DNA of 49,644 nucleotides from Candidatus Brocadiales bacterium (GTDB lineage Bacteria; Planctomycetota; Brocadiia; Brocadiales; Bathyanammoxibiaceae): NCBI GenBank assembly GCA_030586765.1, contig JAUQZZ010000001.1, positions 1 to 49,644 of the forward strand, read 5' to 3'. Shown piece by piece: positions 48,083 to 49,644 of this stretch (position 1 is its first letter; each line of letters starts with the position of its first letter). The notes under the pieces were generated by a model. It saw only the letters and a program-made list of their open reading frames with translations, ran no database searches and was not told where the DNA came from. The position numbers and the translations under genes were made by a program.

Positions 48083-48164
48083 ATGTAGCGTCGGAGCTTG
48101 CTCCGACGTTTCTCTGGCAAAATATTATGATAATCCGACGTACGAGCAAGCTCGTACGCTACAT
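48083..48164. repeat. REPIN-like element, family 2 (inverted GTAGCG-headed hairpins).
   Basis: atGTAGCG-tcggag-cttg-ctccga-cg (48083-48108) and cg-tacgag-caag-ctcgta-CGCTACat (48139-48164). The two heads are reverse complements of each other. The right head contains the tilS stop codon. Confidence 0.7.
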
Positions 48165-49640
48165 TATCAAGGAAAGCTTTAGTACCCTTTTAGTCTCAGG
48201 TGTAATCTTCACCCTCTCATCTATCCTCATCCCCACCACCCAGATGGGGTGCTCCTTTGTGGTAACGATGGGGATGCTGTCACGCTTCCACCTGGGCACT
48301 TTTTGATTGATGAAAAAATCCTTCAGTTTCTCCCTCCCCTTTGCCCCCAGAGGCCAGAAGCGGTCCCCATCCCTGCGGGTGCGGACATATAGATGCCCAC
48401 CTACCCTGTCCAGGTCAAAGGCCTCCTCCTCCCTGGTCTTGGTGCGCCTGAAGCCCTCTAAGAAACCGTCCTCCATGGGGAGTACCTCTGCCCTTATTTC
48501 CACACCCTTGGGGAATCTTGTTATGCCTGGGATAATTAACTCTACTGGCTCAAGAGAAGTAGGTGACGGGTGGGAAAGGAGCTTCCTGAAGTAAAGTCTA
48601 TCTCCCTCAAGGTTCACTACCCACTTTCCTGGGAGTTCAAGAGACCTGGGGACAATACGTCCCTCCACCATAGACACTATTTCATCGAAATGCCCATAGT
48701 TCATCTTTTTTAGGGGGATGCCTAATCTCTCACATGCCTCTCTCAGAACCAGATGTTGAAAGAAGGGCGGGTGTTCCTTAAGTATGTCTGCCTCCAGGGA
48801 GTGGGTCTCACCCTCCAGTTGTTTTAAGTTAGCCTCCACTATTCTGCTTGTCCTTGTCTGGAGAAAGTCATAACTCCTGCCCGCAATATCCCCCAGTCTC
48901 GCCAGCACCTCCCTGATTCTGGGATTATACTTTTGCTCCAGGAGAGGAATCAGCTCCAAGCGCAGGGAGTTGCGGAACTTGTCTTTTAGAAGATTTGAGG
49001 AGTCTATACGATAACCTAGCCCTTTTTCTTTTAGATAGCTCATTATCTCCTTACGCCAGACATATAGGAGAGGCCGAACCAATTTCGCCTCTGAACCTGG
49101 GGAAAGACTGCGCAGGGGTCTTATCCCACCCAGGCCAACTAGCCCTGTGCCCCTTATGAGCCTGTGGAGAATGGTCTCGGCGTTGTCGTCTGCCGTATGG
49201 CCCACGGCCACAACACCTGCTGAGGTCTCCTGCGCCAGCTCCTCAAAAAAGCCATACCTCACCTTCCTGGCCGCCTCTTCCAGGGAGCGTTTCTCCTGGG
49301 AGGCTACCTCGTGGACATCTACCCGCTTAACGGTAAACTCCAGATTATATGAGCCTGCCAGGGCACAAACAAAACGCTCATCCTCCTCAGACTCCTCCCC
49401 ACGGAGCATATGATTAAGATGGGCCACATGGAGCTTTATGTCCCATCCTGCCTGCTTATTCAGGTCATGAAGGAGACTCAACAAGGCCACAGAATCAGGC
49501 CCCCCTGAGACCCCAAGGATTACCCTCTGTCCAGGCTCAAGTCCGCCACACAGATTGTCGGATTCGCCTGTACTTTTGGCGAACATGCTGTAGCGGCTGA
49601 TGGTATCCCTTACCCTGCCTTCTAATTCGTGAGCCCTCAT
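48159..49640 (-). CDS. tilS: tRNA(Ile)-lysidine synthetase.
   Basis: It has the PP-loop VILGVSGGPDSVALLSLL, then HLNHMLRGEESEEDERF and GHTADDNAETILHRLIRG. 493 aa. Confidence 0.9.
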   Translation of the reverse strand: MRAHELEGRVRDTISRYSMFAKSTGESDNLCGGLEPGQRVILGVSGGPDSVALLSLLHDLNKQAGWDIKLHVAHLNHMLRGEESEEDERFVCALAGSYNLEFTVKRVDVHEVASQEKRSLEEAARKVRYGFFEELAQETSAGVVAVGHTADDNAETILHRLIRGTGLVGLGGIRPLRSLSPGSEAKLVRPLLYVWRKEIMSYLKEKGLGYRIDSSNLLKDKFRNSLRLELIPLLEQKYNPRIREVLARLGDIAGRSYDFLQTRTSRIVEANLKQLEGETHSLEADILKEHPPFFQHLVLREACERLGIPLKKMNYGHFDEIVSMVEGRIVPRSLELPGKWVVNLEGDRLYFRKLLSHPSPTSLEPVELIIPGITRFPKGVEIRAEVLPMEDGFLEGFRRTKTREEEAFDLDRVGGHLYVRTRRDGDRFWPLGAKGREKLKDFFINQKVPRWKRDSIPIVTTKEHPIWVVGMRIDERVKITPETKRVLKLSLIM

Positions 49641-49644
49641 GGTA

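Overview
About 32 kb of this window (12.2-45.0 kb) is one uninterrupted minus-strand array of translation and transcription genes. In transcription order it runs tRNA-Thr/Tyr/Gly/Thr, tuf, rpmG, tRNA-Trp, secE, nusG, rplKAJL, rpoBC, rpsLG, fusA, the S10, spc and alpha ribosomal-protein clusters, then a HIT protein and a Cys-phosphatase. Intergenic gaps are mostly under 30 nt. The left flank (1-12 kb) is the accessory part and the best candidate for something new. It holds an HpnI/HpnJ/HpnK-like hopanoid-cyclitol gene set with an extra radical SAM enzyme and a small DMT membrane protein. Across a shared divergent promoter region sits a 2-aminoethylphosphonate-type module: split ThDP decarboxylase, PhnW-like transaminase and LicC/PntC-like cytidylyltransferase, with no PEP mutase in the window. 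Downstream is a CDP-alcohol phosphatidyltransferase fusion that is ATGA-coupled to a cytoplasmic molybdopterin oxidoreductase running off the left edge. The right flank encodes a signal-peptide PLD/Nuc-like protein whose HKD lysine is replaced by serine, an exported 16-repeat TPR protein, and tilS. Several intergenic regions carry GC-rich, often GTAG-headed double hairpins (REP/REPIN-like) in at least three sequence families. Oddities inside the conserved array include a methyltransferase gene between rpsM and rpsK, a four-cysteine insertion in EF-Tu, an enlarged L17, a tandem 18-bp repeat at the 3' end of rplJ, and no rpmD. No CRISPR array, transposase, integrase or recognisable defence gene was seen. 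All functional calls come from reading motifs by eye; no database search was run.
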